In this document: piece after piece, positions 63,299-64,000 of the stretch
How positions within the stretch are numbered: position 1 is the first letter of the stretch
Layout: the number at the start of each line of letters is the position of its first letter
Assembly (NCBI GenBank): GCA_963635055.1
Contig: CAVHEM010000009.1
Span: forward strand, 9,757 to 73,756
Source: Bacteroidaceae bacterium
GTDB taxonomy: Bacteria > Cyanobacteriota > Vampirovibrionia > Gastranaerophilales > Gastranaerophilaceae
Direction: 5' to 3'
Length of the DNA: 64,000 bases
Translations under genes and position numbers: made by a program
Notes under the pieces: model-generated
The model's input: only the letters and a program-made list of their open reading frames with translations
Databases searched by the model: none
Told to the model about the DNA's origin: nothing

Positions 63299-64000
63299 TT
63301 AACTTCCTTTCTTGTATGCTGACTGTTTATACTCCTTTTTTAATTGTTTTAATAAAGATATTAAAAATTTATCGGTAAGTTTGCTCAACGGTACTTCTAG
63401 TTTTGTATTTTCAGCACTATCAAGCCCTGTATGTGTTATTTCAATTTTGAATTTTGCAAAACCATTATATCTGATTGTCAATTCACTATGTAAATTCTCG
63501 TTTTTCAGGCTAAAAACGCACTCTATATCATTAGCATATTGACTCACCTCAGTGTTAGTCAATTTTGCCTCGAACTCGTTTTTATATCTAAAAAATAACG
63601 GAATAATAACATTATTCATTTTATTATAAAACACATTTTTAAATAATTTGAAACTTTTAATATTCGATTGCTCGTTATCATCTTCATCTAACCATGAATT
63701 TTGCACGTCAATATTATGTTCTAAGCATACTGCAATAACATCATTTTGTATTGCAGATGTAAGCCCATCAAGCGCAAGTTTTTCTAATGTTGCAAAAGAC
63801 TGAATGCCAATCAAAGAAACTCCTGCTCGAATTTTGAAACTTTCACCCATTTTATCTTGCAATTTCTGCAAAACTGCTTTTGTACTAATTAAATCAATAT
63901 TTGGCAATATCAAATAGAATTTTCCGCCACGAGCAATTGCTGCAATATCATCTTGACGAAGCGTAGATTTTATTGCAAGTGCAAGTCTGTTTGTTGAAAT
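63299..64000 (-). CDS. C-terminal part of a protein with a probable degenerate GGDEF domain (RGGKFY instead of GG[DE]EF) plus an uncharacterised ~190-aa C-terminal region; N-terminus lies beyond the right edge
   Basis: The reverse-strand frame stays open to the window edge: ISTNRLALAIKSTLRQDDIAAIARGGKFYLILPNIDLISTKAV... This resembles the LR..D.vaRyGGDEFaillP core of diguanylate cyclases. The track ORF start at 63913 is only an internal TTG. Confidence 0.5.
   Translation of the reverse strand: MSTNRLALAIKSTLRQDDIAAIARGGKFYLILPNIDLISTKAVLQKLQDKMGESFKIRAGVSLIGIQSFATLEKLALDGLTSAIQNDVIAVCLEHNIDVQNSWLDEDDNEQSNIKSFKLFKNVFYNKMNNVIIPLFFRYKNEFEAKLTNTEVSQYANDIECVFSLKNENLHSELTIRYNGFAKFKIEITHTGLDSAENTKLEVPLSKLTDKFLISLLKQLKKEYKQSAYKKGS

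Overview
AT-rich (roughly one-third GC by eye, not computed), densely coding chromosomal segment with about 55 CDS and one tRNA. I saw no CRISPR array, rRNA, transposase or integrase. Most genes are housekeeping. A cell-wall block holds two Amidase_3-type amidases, murI, an ftsI-like PBP, murE and a short NagA-like gene. Translation and central metabolism genes include typA, valS, rpsA, rsfS, rimO, metK, glmS, ilvD, uppS, rdgB, thrB, rpiB and a PGM/PMM. A TolC-RND-adaptor efflux operon marks a diderm envelope, and a small flagellar trio (fliJ, fliK, a hook/rod-family protein) is present. The diderm, flagellar, DUF3326-like and GH38 content would fit a non-photosynthetic relative of Cyanobacteria (Melainabacteria-like), but that is only an inference. 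The main finding is two paralogous ~1,400-aa ORFs (12805-17130 on +, 53727-57887 on -) with the same unusual architecture. Each has a basic signal peptide, a TPS/hemagglutination-type secretion domain and a long Gly/Asn/Thr-rich beta-helix-like region. Each also has modules of alternating Asp-X dipeptides encoded by tandem DNA repeats and a C-terminal PilZ domain with intact RxxxR and DxSxxG motifs. No TpsB-type partner is in the window. A c-di-GMP receptor domain at the tail of an apparently exported adhesin-like protein is topologically paradoxical, and I do not recognise it as a described system. Secondary observations include a candidate type I toxin-like 24-aa peptide with convergent promoters. 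There is also a structured leader ahead of a flavodoxin-like gene, two ORFs separated by one in-frame TAA, and a HEPN/MNT pair in inverted order. Others are an MnmC-like methyltransferase with a large low-complexity insertion, and a probable degenerate GGDEF protein at the right edge.
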